A stretch of DNA of 64,000 nt from positions 159,783 through 223,782 of the forward strand of contig CALAOR010000076.1 of the NCBI GenBank assembly GCA_937889595.1. The letters are read 5' to 3'. The position numbers and the translations under genes were made by a program. Source of the DNA: an uncultured bacterium. Its GTDB lineage: Bacteria; Oederibacteriota; PGYV01; Palsa-1178. Each line of letters begins with the position of its first letter. The stretch's first letter is position 1. The notes below the pieces were generated by a model, which searched no databases, was not told the origin of the DNA, and saw only the letters and a program-made list of their open reading frames with translations. Of the stretch, positions 50,451 through 59,927 are shown piece after piece.

Positions 50451-51557
50451 TTGACGGCAAAGGAAGCAGAGTTTCTATACTTGGCTGCCTCAAATTGTTC
50501 GAAAAATGGGGCGATCGTTGAAATAGGATCCTGGCGGGGAAAATCCACTGTTTTACTTGCGCAGGGGGCCTTAAGCGGACAAAAACCCACAATATATGCT
50601 GTTGATCCACATACAGGCGGCTTGGAAAAGCGTAATATTATCATGCTGACTTTTTATGAGTTTAAAAATAATATAAAAAAAGCAGGCGCTGATGAAATAG
50701 TGGTCCCGATTGTTAAAAGATCGGAGGACGCCGTGAAAGGGTGGAATATTCCGGTGGAGGTAATTTTCATTGACGGCAGCCACGAATTTGAGGATGTAGA
50801 AAAGGATTTCACACTGTGGGATCCGCATGTGATTGAAGGCGGCTTGATCATATTTCATGATACCAATGCCTGGCTGCAGAACGGGCCTTACAGGGCAATT
50901 AAAAAACACATTTTGAAGAGCAGGCATTTTAAGGATGCTGGTACTGTTGATTCGATTTTCTATGCGCGGAAGTGCGTTGAAAACACACAGACGGACCTTG
51001 AAAATATGGCCCGCATCGAAAGGTCGCTGCGCCACGTTGATGTTGTTAACTTTTTTTATGCGCCTATAAAAAAATTAATGTGCTCATTGGGTTTTAATGT
51101 TGTCGATATGAGCTATGCCGTTTACTCTCCGTGGACAGACCTGTCCACTTTCAATCCGTTGGCCGGTTTTTTTGTAAGAATAATGCGCAGACTGAAATTT
51201 AACAGCTACATCAAGGACGAGCAGGGCTGTTTTAAGGAATATTATAAAGCCGGCGGTTTGAAAAGAGAAATTCGTCATGCCGGGCATACTCTCCACGGCG
51301 TTTCGAAACTTTTCTATGAAAATGGGAACGAACAGGCGGAAATACCGTATAATAAAGGTTATATTGACGGTTGCTTAAAGGAATATTATGACAATGGAAA
51401 ATTGCGGTCCGAGGAATTTTATGTAAACGGGGAACGCGACGGATTGTCGAAAGTATATTTTGAGAACGGCGTGCTTATGAAAGAAAAAAGATATTCGAAA
51501 AATCGAATGGTATCCGCGGCTGTTTACGATGAAAATGGAAAAGCGAGGAAAAAATAA
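50451..51557 (+). CDS. class I SAM-dependent methyltransferase fused to MORN/YwqK-type repeats
   Basis: IVEIGSWRGKST and FIDGSHEFEDV..D form the Methyltransf_24-like core. The C-terminus carries repeated ..YY.NGK....Y.NG..DG. units. Family-like sequence (IQGWL) continues upstream of the TTG 50451 start with no ATG/GTG/TTG available, so the true start is uncertain. Confidence 0.65.
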   Translation: MTAKEAEFLYLAASNCSKNGAIVEIGSWRGKSTVLLAQGALSGQKPTIYAVDPHTGGLEKRNIIMLTFYEFKNNIKKAGADEIVVPIVKRSEDAVKGWNIPVEVIFIDGSHEFEDVEKDFTLWDPHVIEGGLIIFHDTNAWLQNGPYRAIKKHILKSRHFKDAGTVDSIFYARKCVENTQTDLENMARIERSLRHVDVVNFFYAPIKKLMCSLGFNVVDMSYAVYSPWTDLSTFNPLAGFFVRIMRRLKFNSYIKDEQGCFKEYYKAGGLKREIRHAGHTLHGVSKLFYENGNEQAEIPYNKGYIDGCLKEYYDNGKLRSEEFYVNGERDGLSKVYFENGVLMKEKRYSKNRMVSAAVYDENGKARKK

Positions 51558-51558
51558 T

Positions 51559-54276
51559 ATGATTAAAAAAGTTGCTTTGTTTCTTCTTTTGGCGTTATGG
51601 ATAACCGGACAGTATTTTATTGCGGTCAAACACTTATACGAGGGTTTATTCATTAGTGTGGCGGCAATCGGCATAGGTTCCGTTATTATTTTGGTGAAAC
51701 GTTCGTACGATAACTATGTTCCTTACGCGGCGCTTTTAGGCATTATAGCCGCTTTTACCGCTTCCTCTGTCGTAAGACATAATCCGCAGGTGGGTTTGTT
51801 GTTATTCGTGTTGTCAGGCCTGCTTATATTTATCGCAAAGCCAGAGGGAGAAAAACTGACGGTTTTGGGTGATGTGCCCGAAAAATCTTACCCGATGGAA
51901 AAATGGGAACCGTATTTTTTGACAATTCTGCTTATTTTTTCCGGTATTATCCGTTTTTATGACCTGCTTAATCTGCATCAGGGAGTTTATGGCCATGATT
52001 CCATACTTTTTTCGAATGTAGAAACACTGATGGCTTCTCCATTGTATATTCCGCACATCGGGGGGGGGTCAGATTGGCCAACTCTTGTTTATTATCAGGC
52101 GGCTTTTTTTGGGAAACTGTTCGGTTGGAACATCGGTTCAATGCGGATGGAATCCGCTTGTTGGGGGTTGTTGGATATTGCCGCGCTGTACTTTTTGATA
52201 AGAATGCTGGCTTCGCCCTGGGCGGCCGCGATCATGACTGCGCTTTTTGCCGTTAGTGTTCCTCACTTGAATTTTTCAAGGACGTTTTTTCCAGGCACTG
52301 TTGTTATGCTGGCGCCTATACTGGGTTTTTCTTTGCTGCTTACCGCGGTGAAATTAGACAAATGGAATTGGTTCATGTTCGCCGGATTTGCCGCCGGGTT
52401 GAGTCTTCACGGGTATGTCCCCGGCAGGATCGTTTTCCTGATGTTCCTGTTATGGTTTATATGGATATGGCTGTTTTACAGGAAAAAATTCCCTAAAATA
52501 AAAAATGTCATTATATTTTGGATAGCTTTTATAGCGATAGCTTCACCAGTGATATGGTTCGCCATCACAAATCCTGAACAATATAACGGATATGTGAACA
52601 GCGTCAATCCCAATAAAAGCGCTGGAATAATGGGATATATAACCATGTTTATTAACCAGATAGGCTCTTACGCGGGAATGTTTCACGTAAAAGGGGCTTG
52701 GGATACTCTTTTTCATGAGCCGTTCGAGCCTATATTGGACTGGTTCACCGGGGCTCTGTTCCCGATGGGTCTTTTTATGTGCCTGCTGATGTTCTGGAAA
52801 CCCATTCCGGTGTTTATTTTCATCTACTTTATCGGAGGGATGGCGCCGGCCATGCTCGGCGGTGGCTGTTCTCCGCAACCAGATGTCCGCAGGATGCTCT
52901 TGGCACTGCCGGTAATATATATATTCGGTGGAATTGCTTTTGAAAGGCTGCGGCTGGTGGCCCGGAATAATTTTGGCGGTAAAGGGTCCGGGGTGTCGTT
53001 CTGGGTCTTTGTTTTTACTTTCCTGCTGGCACTGCCTTTTGGCGCAAATGAAATCAATACTTTCCTGCGCCAGCAAAAGGATCCGATCACGCTGGCCATT
53101 ACCGAACATTACAGCTTTCTCGCGGGAAAGGAAATACAAAAGTACGCCGGAGATGAGATTAAACTGATGAACCTTTACGATTTGACGAACAATTCATGCG
53201 TGCTGCTTCCGCGCAATGTTAAATACACCGTGGTAAAATGGATAGACGATATGATGGTCCTGAATCCGGCAAAGGATAATGTGTTATTACTTGAACCTGT
53301 CTATGAATCCATGATCCCCATGCTGAAAAGAATGTTTCCGGACTGTGATGTAAAGATATTCAGGGAAGAAAGAACAGAACGGATCACAAGGTTTGATAAT
53401 AATCCGGCCGTAACGGAAACGATGAAGTATACCGATCCTTACAATAAATTTGTCTATCTTGTCAGGGTTTTTATTCCAAAAGAAGATTCTGAAAAGTTCA
53501 CAAATGAACTTTTTGTCGCCGGACCGGGCGGGCAGGAAAGGAAATCCGTGTATCTTCCCGAGTTTGCTTCCGTATATTCGGGACGCCAGGTGACTATCTC
53601 GGGAGGCCTTATATTGAAACAGGAAGGCGACCTTGTAAAATTTAAAATGGATTGGGGAGGTTTTACCCTGCTAATTGACGGGAAACAGGCTAATTTTGGA
53701 TCGCAGCGTCAGCTTGAAGGAGGCACACATTACTTTGTTTTAAGGGGCACGGTACCACGGGGCGCCAAAACCGGCCTGCCCTTGAGTATATTGCGGGGGG
53801 AAATTGATCTTAAGGCTGAAGGACGGGTTGTGGCCATTGCCCCTTCGGCCGGGGTTGTCATCACTTTTTCACAGGGTAAACAACTGCTTGCGAACGCACC
53901 GGATTCAATAACGAGGCGTTCCATTGCTCCCATACGCCGTTTCTATCACACCATGGATTATTACATGCCATTTCCTGTAACCGTAAAAGGGTATATTTCT
54001 TTCCCTGAAAAAGGTGAGTATGAGTTTATGGCGCCGGGTTATATTTATAACCGGATACTAATTGACGGCAAAGTCGTATTTGACAACTATGAATACGGCA
54101 CTGTTAAGAATAAAGCATCAATATGGCTGGAAAAAAACCGGAAGGTTACGTTTGTTGTTGAAAATATGGTTAATCAATCCGATGACAGACTCAGGGGTAT
54201 TATTGTTTATTACAGGGAAAAAGGCAGAGTCCCCTGGAATATTCTCTCGCCTGATTTTATAGATCAATTAAAATAA
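51559..54276 (+). CDS. GT-C fold glycosyltransferase with PA14-like C-terminal modules, paralog 3
   Basis: ATG 51559 follows GAGGAA (the ORF track starts at 51529, overlapping the previous gene). GVYGHDSILF loop and multi-TM core. PA14-like VKGYISFPEKGEYEFMAPGYIYNRILIDGKVVFD. A G9 tract lies at 52060-52068. Confidence 0.7.
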   Translation: MIKKVALFLLLALWITGQYFIAVKHLYEGLFISVAAIGIGSVIILVKRSYDNYVPYAALLGIIAAFTASSVVRHNPQVGLLLFVLSGLLIFIAKPEGEKLTVLGDVPEKSYPMEKWEPYFLTILLIFSGIIRFYDLLNLHQGVYGHDSILFSNVETLMASPLYIPHIGGGSDWPTLVYYQAAFFGKLFGWNIGSMRMESACWGLLDIAALYFLIRMLASPWAAAIMTALFAVSVPHLNFSRTFFPGTVVMLAPILGFSLLLTAVKLDKWNWFMFAGFAAGLSLHGYVPGRIVFLMFLLWFIWIWLFYRKKFPKIKNVIIFWIAFIAIASPVIWFAITNPEQYNGYVNSVNPNKSAGIMGYITMFINQIGSYAGMFHVKGAWDTLFHEPFEPILDWFTGALFPMGLFMCLLMFWKPIPVFIFIYFIGGMAPAMLGGGCSPQPDVRRMLLALPVIYIFGGIAFERLRLVARNNFGGKGSGVSFWVFVFTFLLALPFGANEINTFLRQQKDPITLAITEHYSFLAGKEIQKYAGDEIKLMNLYDLTNNSCVLLPRNVKYTVVKWIDDMMVLNPAKDNVLLLEPVYESMIPMLKRMFPDCDVKIFREERTERITRFDNNPAVTETMKYTDPYNKFVYLVRVFIPKEDSEKFTNELFVAGPGGQERKSVYLPEFASVYSGRQVTISGGLILKQEGDLVKFKMDWGGFTLLIDGKQANFGSQRQLEGGTHYFVLRGTVPRGAKTGLPLSILRGEIDLKAEGRVVAIAPSAGVVITFSQGKQLLANAPDSITRRSIAPIRRFYHTMDYYMPFPVTVKGYISFPEKGEYEFMAPGYIYNRILIDGKVVFDNYEYGTVKNKASIWLEKNRKVTFVVENMVNQSDDRLRGIIVYYREKGRVPWNILSPDFIDQLK

Positions 54277-54365
54277 TCGTTAAAATATAAAGTTTAGAGG
54301 GAACAAGGTCTAAAAAAACCGCTATTTTTCTGTTTGTCGTTTTAGGCCTGGCGGGTCAGGCTATT

Positions 54366-54629
54366 ATGTTCATAAAAAAGAATGATTTATTCCTTGTCAG
54401 CGTAGTGTTTTGTTTTATTTCGATTTTGGGTTTGACCCTATTAATAATGGCCCGGCAGGATTATTTGGCCGCTATTATAAGGTTTGGCGGCCCTGTCGTC
54501 GCTTTATTCTTGGCTATTGCCGGGCAAACGGTTGTAAAGGGCAATCCAGGTGCGGGGGTGATCTTATATGCGCTTGCCGCGGCATGCGGCAGGAAAGTGG
54601 GATGTTTAAATGAAACTATCAAGGTTTAA
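54366..54629 (+). CDS. small hypothetical membrane protein (2 TM)
   Basis: 87 aa with two hydrophobic helices and no recognisable family. It overlaps the next gene by 20 nt. Coding status is uncertain. Confidence 0.3.
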   Translation: MFIKKNDLFLVSVVFCFISILGLTLLIMARQDYLAAIIRFGGPVVALFLAIAGQTVVKGNPGAGVILYALAAACGRKVGCLNETIKV

Positions 54630-55269
54630 TTTAAAGATGCAATGGTTTAAAACAGGGATAAGGGAGCTTGAATCGGTAGATTGGGCTTATTTTCTTGATG
54701 CGTACGGAAAGTTGGTGAAAAAAACTGACAGGGTACTTGAGATTGGAGCTTCTCATATAGCCAGAACGAAGCAACTGGCCGCAAGCTGCGCTGAACTTAC
54801 CGGACTCGAAATAATGCCTGAGAGAAAACCGGATGATTTTGGCAATGTCAGGTTTAAAACAGGCAATTGGGAAAAGCTTTCCGGAATTTTCGAGCCGGAG
54901 AGTTTTGATATGGTGTTGTCCAGCCATGTTATTGAACATGTGGAACATGACGTTATGGCTATGAAAGAATTGTATAAAACGCTGAAGCCGGGCGGGGCCG
55001 CAATAATCACGACCCCCAACATCATGCGCATGGCGGCCGTTATTGAAAAACTGTTCAAAGGCCCGAAAATATTTCCCTGGTTCGAGCATATGCGGGAGTA
55101 TGATGAGCCGGGTCTGATCCGGTTAATTAAAGAAGCCGGATTTATAAAATATGAAATTATCCCGATCGCTTTTGGCATAACAGGGTGGAAACTGTTTATT
55201 TACATTGAACCTGTCCCGCAAAAATTAAGGAAATACTGCTGTTTTTGGATGGTTAAGTTGTTCAAATAG
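54610..55269 (+). CDS. SAM-dependent methyltransferase (type 11-like)
   Basis: VLEIGAS (motif I), MVLSSHVIEHVEHD and LKPGGAAIITTPN. Confidence 0.75.
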   Translation: MKLSRFNLKMQWFKTGIRELESVDWAYFLDAYGKLVKKTDRVLEIGASHIARTKQLAASCAELTGLEIMPERKPDDFGNVRFKTGNWEKLSGIFEPESFDMVLSSHVIEHVEHDVMAMKELYKTLKPGGAAIITTPNIMRMAAVIEKLFKGPKIFPWFEHMREYDEPGLIRLIKEAGFIKYEIIPIAFGITGWKLFIYIEPVPQKLRKYCCFWMVKLFK

Positions 55270-55341
55270 AACGGGCCATATATTAATAGTACGTTTAAAA
55301 TAAGGATCTGCTTACCGGCGTGTCCGCTAAAAGGAGATGTT

Positions 55342-56124
55342 GTGAAAAAGTTCAATAATCCGATTAAAGATTTTGCATATTTTTTGTATCGGTGGATCAA
55401 TCCTGTTTTTGATCCGGTTAAATTAGCCCTCTTTATACCCAGGTATGCCGTTTTTTTTGCTAGCTGGATGAGATATTCACTGATGAGGGGGTCTGAAAAA
55501 AGCGGCCTTATCGATTCTTTTCCAAGCCTTTACGATAACCTTAAAAAAACGCCTTTTGATTCGCACTACTTTTATCAGGATATATGGGCCTTTAAAAAGG
55601 TAAAAATATCAGGCGCGCCAGCCCATGTTGATGTGGGATCCAGGATTGATTATGTAGGCTTTCTTACCGCAATCTGCAATGTCACATTCATAGATATCAG
55701 GCCGCTCCTGGCTGATCTGGATAATTATAAATCTATTGCCGGTAGCATATTGAAAATGCCTTATGAGGATAATTCAGTTTCATCCATATCCTGCCTGCAC
55801 GTCGCCGAACACATAGGCCTTGGAAGATACGGAGATCCGCTGGATCCCTTCGGTACGAAAAAGGCGTGCACGGAGTTGAAGCGGGTATTGGCTGTCGGTG
55901 GGAGCATCTATTTTTCTCTGCCGGTAGGCAGACCCAGGCTTTGTTTTAATTCACACAGAATTCATTCGCCCGGACGCATATTGGAATACTTTGAAGGACT
56001 TGAACTGGTTGAACTTTCCGGAATTAATGATGACGGCAGATTTATAACGGACATAAAGTATGATGTTCTTGAAAATTCTGACTATGCGTGCGGTCTTTTT
56101 CATTTTAAGAAGCCTGTAAAATAG
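55342..56124 (+). CDS. DUF268-like methyltransferase-fold protein
   Basis: GGAG RBS with GTG start. VDVGS, SCLHVAEHIGLGRYGDPLDPFG and LAVGGSIYFSLPVG resemble the DUF268 signature as recalled. Confidence 0.6.
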   Translation: MKKFNNPIKDFAYFLYRWINPVFDPVKLALFIPRYAVFFASWMRYSLMRGSEKSGLIDSFPSLYDNLKKTPFDSHYFYQDIWAFKKVKISGAPAHVDVGSRIDYVGFLTAICNVTFIDIRPLLADLDNYKSIAGSILKMPYEDNSVSSISCLHVAEHIGLGRYGDPLDPFGTKKACTELKRVLAVGGSIYFSLPVGRPRLCFNSHRIHSPGRILEYFEGLELVELSGINDDGRFITDIKYDVLENSDYACGLFHFKKPVK

Positions 56125-56403
56125 GGCCGGGGATCAACTGTAATAACGCCGGCGCACGTTGATAACCCCTGGCAGATTTCTGTTAAAGAACAGGATTTAC
56201 TTAGCTGCAAAAAAATCATCGAAACCAGTTGGTCCCAGCAATAAAAACCTTCCGTATGTTTCTCGGCCGATTTTTATTTGACCAGTCGTTCGAACTTGTA
56301 CCGTACCGCGGTTCTTAAGGTATTATTATATGGTTGACACTGATAGGAGGTTATGATATTTTATATCATTAATTACTTTAAATTCAGGAGGATAATTACG
56401 TAA

Positions 56404-59400
56404 ATGAATTATAATCATATAAAAAATATTCTGATCGGTATAGCCATGATTTTACTGATTTTGGGTCAATTTTTTATAATAATTGCGCCAAACCAAATGT
56501 TTCTGGGCATAATTTTAAATATTATTTGCGCGTTATTATTCGCGCTTTCTTTTACCGGAAAATTCACTGTTATATTGGATTTTTTTGGAAGACTTTTTGC
56601 GCCGAAGCCATTGCATATTCCTGTTGTAGTTAAGGCAGGCAACCACAAGAAGGATAAGGCAGGGATCCCGGACAATCTGCAGGATTCTCACCATAACCTG
56701 CCAAGGATCCCGTCTCTTAATCTATACGGATGGCTGCAGAAATTAGGAAATGACGGTATAAAGTTTTTTCTTCCCAAGTGGATCTTTTTTGTATTTTCGG
56801 TGTTTTTATTTATAACTGCACAGTTTTTATTTATTGGCGGAAAGCTAATACCTGCCATAGCGTTACTGGGAGTCATTATCATTACTCTTGTTTTTGTATT
56901 CAGGCTGAAAGCGCCGGGATTGGATGTGAATATAAATTTTGGCAACGGCTTAAAAGTGCTGTCCATGTTGTCAGGTCTGGTTTTAATAGCTTTTGGATGG
57001 TTCCTGCTTATAAATCAAAAAATTACAGTCCAGGAATGGGGAGTAGCCTTAACAGTCCCAGGTTGTATACTAGCTTTTTTAGGGCTGCCGCAACGGTTGG
57101 TGTTCGATAACCATGAGACTGCGTCAAAAAGTGATATACTTTTCGAAAAATCCGGATTTTTTAATAATTATCTTATAAAAGTGGTTCTGATAATACTTTC
57201 TTTTGTTTCCATTAAAATAGGTTACAGTATAATGATGAGTCCGGAATACAATATGTATTCAATGTTGTTTTACGGTTTGGCTATAATGTTCGTATTCTTC
57301 AGCTTTCCTCTCATTAATTTTGCCGAAAAACCAGTTGATAATAAATATTTGGATATGGTAAAACTGGCGTTTGCCGTAGTCGCAATTTTTATCGCTTATT
57401 TGGGGCAGCGTGATTTTGTTGCGGGAAAGGTAAATGTCGCTATAATCAAATATATTATTGCTGCTGCTATATTTATTATTGCTTTTCCGGTTTATTCGTC
57501 CAAACTCGGGGAGGAAAAGGAACCGTTCCCCATTAAAATAGAAGTGATGTTCCTGCTTGTTATTATGATCGTGGGTATATTTCTCAGGTTGTATGAAATT
57601 GATTTGAGACCGTTTGGCCTTGAAAATGATGAGGCAGGCGGTTACACATACAGGCTTGACGCCCACGGCGCGCCAACAGTGCCTTTAAATGTTGGAAATT
57701 TCGGCATTGCGGTTCACATAGTGCAGTTTTTTAGCGCCATTATCGGTGAGTTAAATAGGACCGGTATCAAAATGCTTGGCGTATCTGTCGGATTGATCTC
57801 CATACCGATAATGTATTTTTTTATAAGGTCGCTTTTGAACCCCCGTTCGGCAATATTTGCGACTACAATATTTACTTTTTTAAGATGGAACCTATATTAT
57901 TCCAGGGCTGGGCACGGGGCTGTATTGTCAAATGCCGTGGAAATATTGGCTTTTTTCTTTCTTTTTAAGGCTATTGAAACCAGGAAGTCTCTTATTTGGT
58001 TCTTGGCCGGGCTATGTGTGGGACTCACCTGGCACGGTGTTATGACGGAGTTCTTGCTTATAATTCCAGTTGTTCTTTATTTTGTCATTAGTTCGTTCGC
58101 GCATAAGGGATTTCTTAAATCTAATTTAATAGGTATATTTGCATTTCTTTTCGGCTTTTGGATCTTTGGTTCCATGATCGTCCACAATTTTCCTATGAAT
58201 AAAACAATTTACTTTTCAAGGGTGGCGGAAGTTTCTGTGTTCAGCAAGGATCCCAACGCTCCAAGCAAAAATCCGGCAAAGGGTATAGTGGAAAACACCA
58301 AACTTGTGCTGCTTATGTTTAACCATCAAGGTGATTCAAGGCAGCGTAATTCCGGCGGCAATCCTTTCGATCCAACTATAGATTTCACAAGCTCGATTTT
58401 TTATGCTTTGGGATTTCTATATGTTATATATTACAGCAAATACTATATGTTTTTTATACTGGCCATGGCATTTTTATCCCAGGCTGCGGGATCCATTTTT
58501 TCTATTGAAGCGCCTTCCGCGATGAGGGCCATAGGAACCATGATACCAATGTTTTTCCTTATTGCCGTAATTTTTGACAAAATATGGCTTGCATTCAGAA
58601 AAGTATTTGGAAAAAAAATGGAGTTTATTTATTTCCCGCTAATACTGGCGATTTTTCTCGTGCCAATAATAAAGGATAACTATTATCAGTATTTTGGAAG
58701 ATGGATAGGGGGATTGGATGAGTTGACCACGGCAACCGGGCTTTACAGTAAAAGCCTGGGAAACAAGTGGCGGGTTATGCTGTATACCAATTTGTATTAT
58801 CCCGGCCATCCGCCTTTTAAAATAAACCGTTCAGAAAAGGCTAATACAGCTTCAAGGCTGACAACCGCCTTGACCTACCTGAAACGTGTTGATACGGATA
58901 ATTTCGCGTTGTTATTTCACTATGATACATGGCAAAATCTTGACAGCATTAAAAAACATTATTTTCCCGAATCCAAGTTGGAAATTGTTGACCATAAATG
59001 GTTCAATAAAAAACTTAAGCCAGGTGAAGGCTTAGGTGGCTTTGCAAAGGCCGTACTTGTGACAAATGAAGAATTAAAAAAGAAAATGGGATTAACTGGA
59101 AACTATTCGTTTGGCGGAGGCCCGTTCCCGAACGAAGAACCGGAATTTAAAGTGCGGGATTCTTCAATGGTGCCGTATGTGGCCACATGGAGCGGCGTTT
59201 TCCTGGCTCCATATTACGGCAGATTCAAATTTGAAAACAACGGTACGGCCGACTTTACGCTTAATATTGACTATAAAAATATACCGAAAGGTTCGGATGT
59301 GCTGCTTGCAGAAGGGTTCCATAAAATTAAGATCACTGCTTCGAGGAAAAAGGGCTCGGATACTTTGTCGTTAAATGTCAGGGCAATCGGTCTGACCGAC

Positions 59401-59901
59401 ACATCGTTCAGGGGCACAGAAATGATAAAACTTGACAGCAAGTATCTGTATAACTTTGGAATAATAGGATTGCACGGCTATTATATCAACGGTAATAGTT
59501 TTGATCAGACCAATAAGGATTCCGAGATAATAGATTCCAACATACAGTTTGATGGGGCGGTCTATACAACTTCGGCTTATTGGAACGGAACAATAAACAT
59601 GCCGGACTCGGGCCAATACTTTATTACTGCATCATGTAACGGATATGTAAGGATAGTCGTTGACGGAAACAGCTACTGGGAGCAAATTAATGACCGTTCC
59701 ACGGAATATGCCGAAAAATATTTCAGCAACAAGCCCATGAAACATGTCCTATCTTTCAATTTGTCCAAAGGAAAGCACAGGATAACCATATATAATCTCA
59801 ATTCAAATATAATGCATTTGATGTGGAATAAAGTGGGGCAACCGTCAGAACCTGTTCCTGTAGACGCGCTTGAGCCTGATTACGACATATCAAAAATTTA
59901 A
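56404..59901 (+). CDS. GT-C fold glycosyltransferase with long N-terminal TM extension and PA14-like C-terminal modules, paralog 4
   Basis: AGGAGG RBS. GLENDEAGGY loop. YFFIRSLLNPRSAIFATTIFTFLRWNLYYSRA core. PA14-like ATWSGVFLAPYYGRFKFENNG and YWNGTINMPDSGQYFITASCNGYVRIVVDGNSYW. Confidence 0.7.
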   Translation: MNYNHIKNILIGIAMILLILGQFFIIIAPNQMFLGIILNIICALLFALSFTGKFTVILDFFGRLFAPKPLHIPVVVKAGNHKKDKAGIPDNLQDSHHNLPRIPSLNLYGWLQKLGNDGIKFFLPKWIFFVFSVFLFITAQFLFIGGKLIPAIALLGVIIITLVFVFRLKAPGLDVNINFGNGLKVLSMLSGLVLIAFGWFLLINQKITVQEWGVALTVPGCILAFLGLPQRLVFDNHETASKSDILFEKSGFFNNYLIKVVLIILSFVSIKIGYSIMMSPEYNMYSMLFYGLAIMFVFFSFPLINFAEKPVDNKYLDMVKLAFAVVAIFIAYLGQRDFVAGKVNVAIIKYIIAAAIFIIAFPVYSSKLGEEKEPFPIKIEVMFLLVIMIVGIFLRLYEIDLRPFGLENDEAGGYTYRLDAHGAPTVPLNVGNFGIAVHIVQFFSAIIGELNRTGIKMLGVSVGLISIPIMYFFIRSLLNPRSAIFATTIFTFLRWNLYYSRAGHGAVLSNAVEILAFFFLFKAIETRKSLIWFLAGLCVGLTWHGVMTEFLLIIPVVLYFVISSFAHKGFLKSNLIGIFAFLFGFWIFGSMIVHNFPMNKTIYFSRVAEVSVFSKDPNAPSKNPAKGIVENTKLVLLMFNHQGDSRQRNSGGNPFDPTIDFTSSIFYALGFLYVIYYSKYYMFFILAMAFLSQAAGSIFSIEAPSAMRAIGTMIPMFFLIAVIFDKIWLAFRKVFGKKMEFIYFPLILAIFLVPIIKDNYYQYFGRWIGGLDELTTATGLYSKSLGNKWRVMLYTNLYYPGHPPFKINRSEKANTASRLTTALTYLKRVDTDNFALLFHYDTWQNLDSIKKHYFPESKLEIVDHKWFNKKLKPGEGLGGFAKAVLVTNEELKKKMGLTGNYSFGGGPFPNEEPEFKVRDSSMVPYVATWSGVFLAPYYGRFKFENNGTADFTLNIDYKNIPKGSDVLLAEGFHKIKITASRKKGSDTLSLNVRAIGLTDTSFRGTEMIKLDSKYLYNFGIIGLHGYYINGNSFDQTNKDSEIIDSNIQFDGAVYTTSAYWNGTINMPDSGQYFITASCNGYVRIVVDGNSYWEQINDRSTEYAEKYFSNKPMKHVLSFNLSKGKHRITIYNLNSNIMHLMWNKVGQPSEPVPVDALEPDYDISKI

Positions 59902-59927
59902 TTAAAATTTTTTAAAGGAGAGCACCA

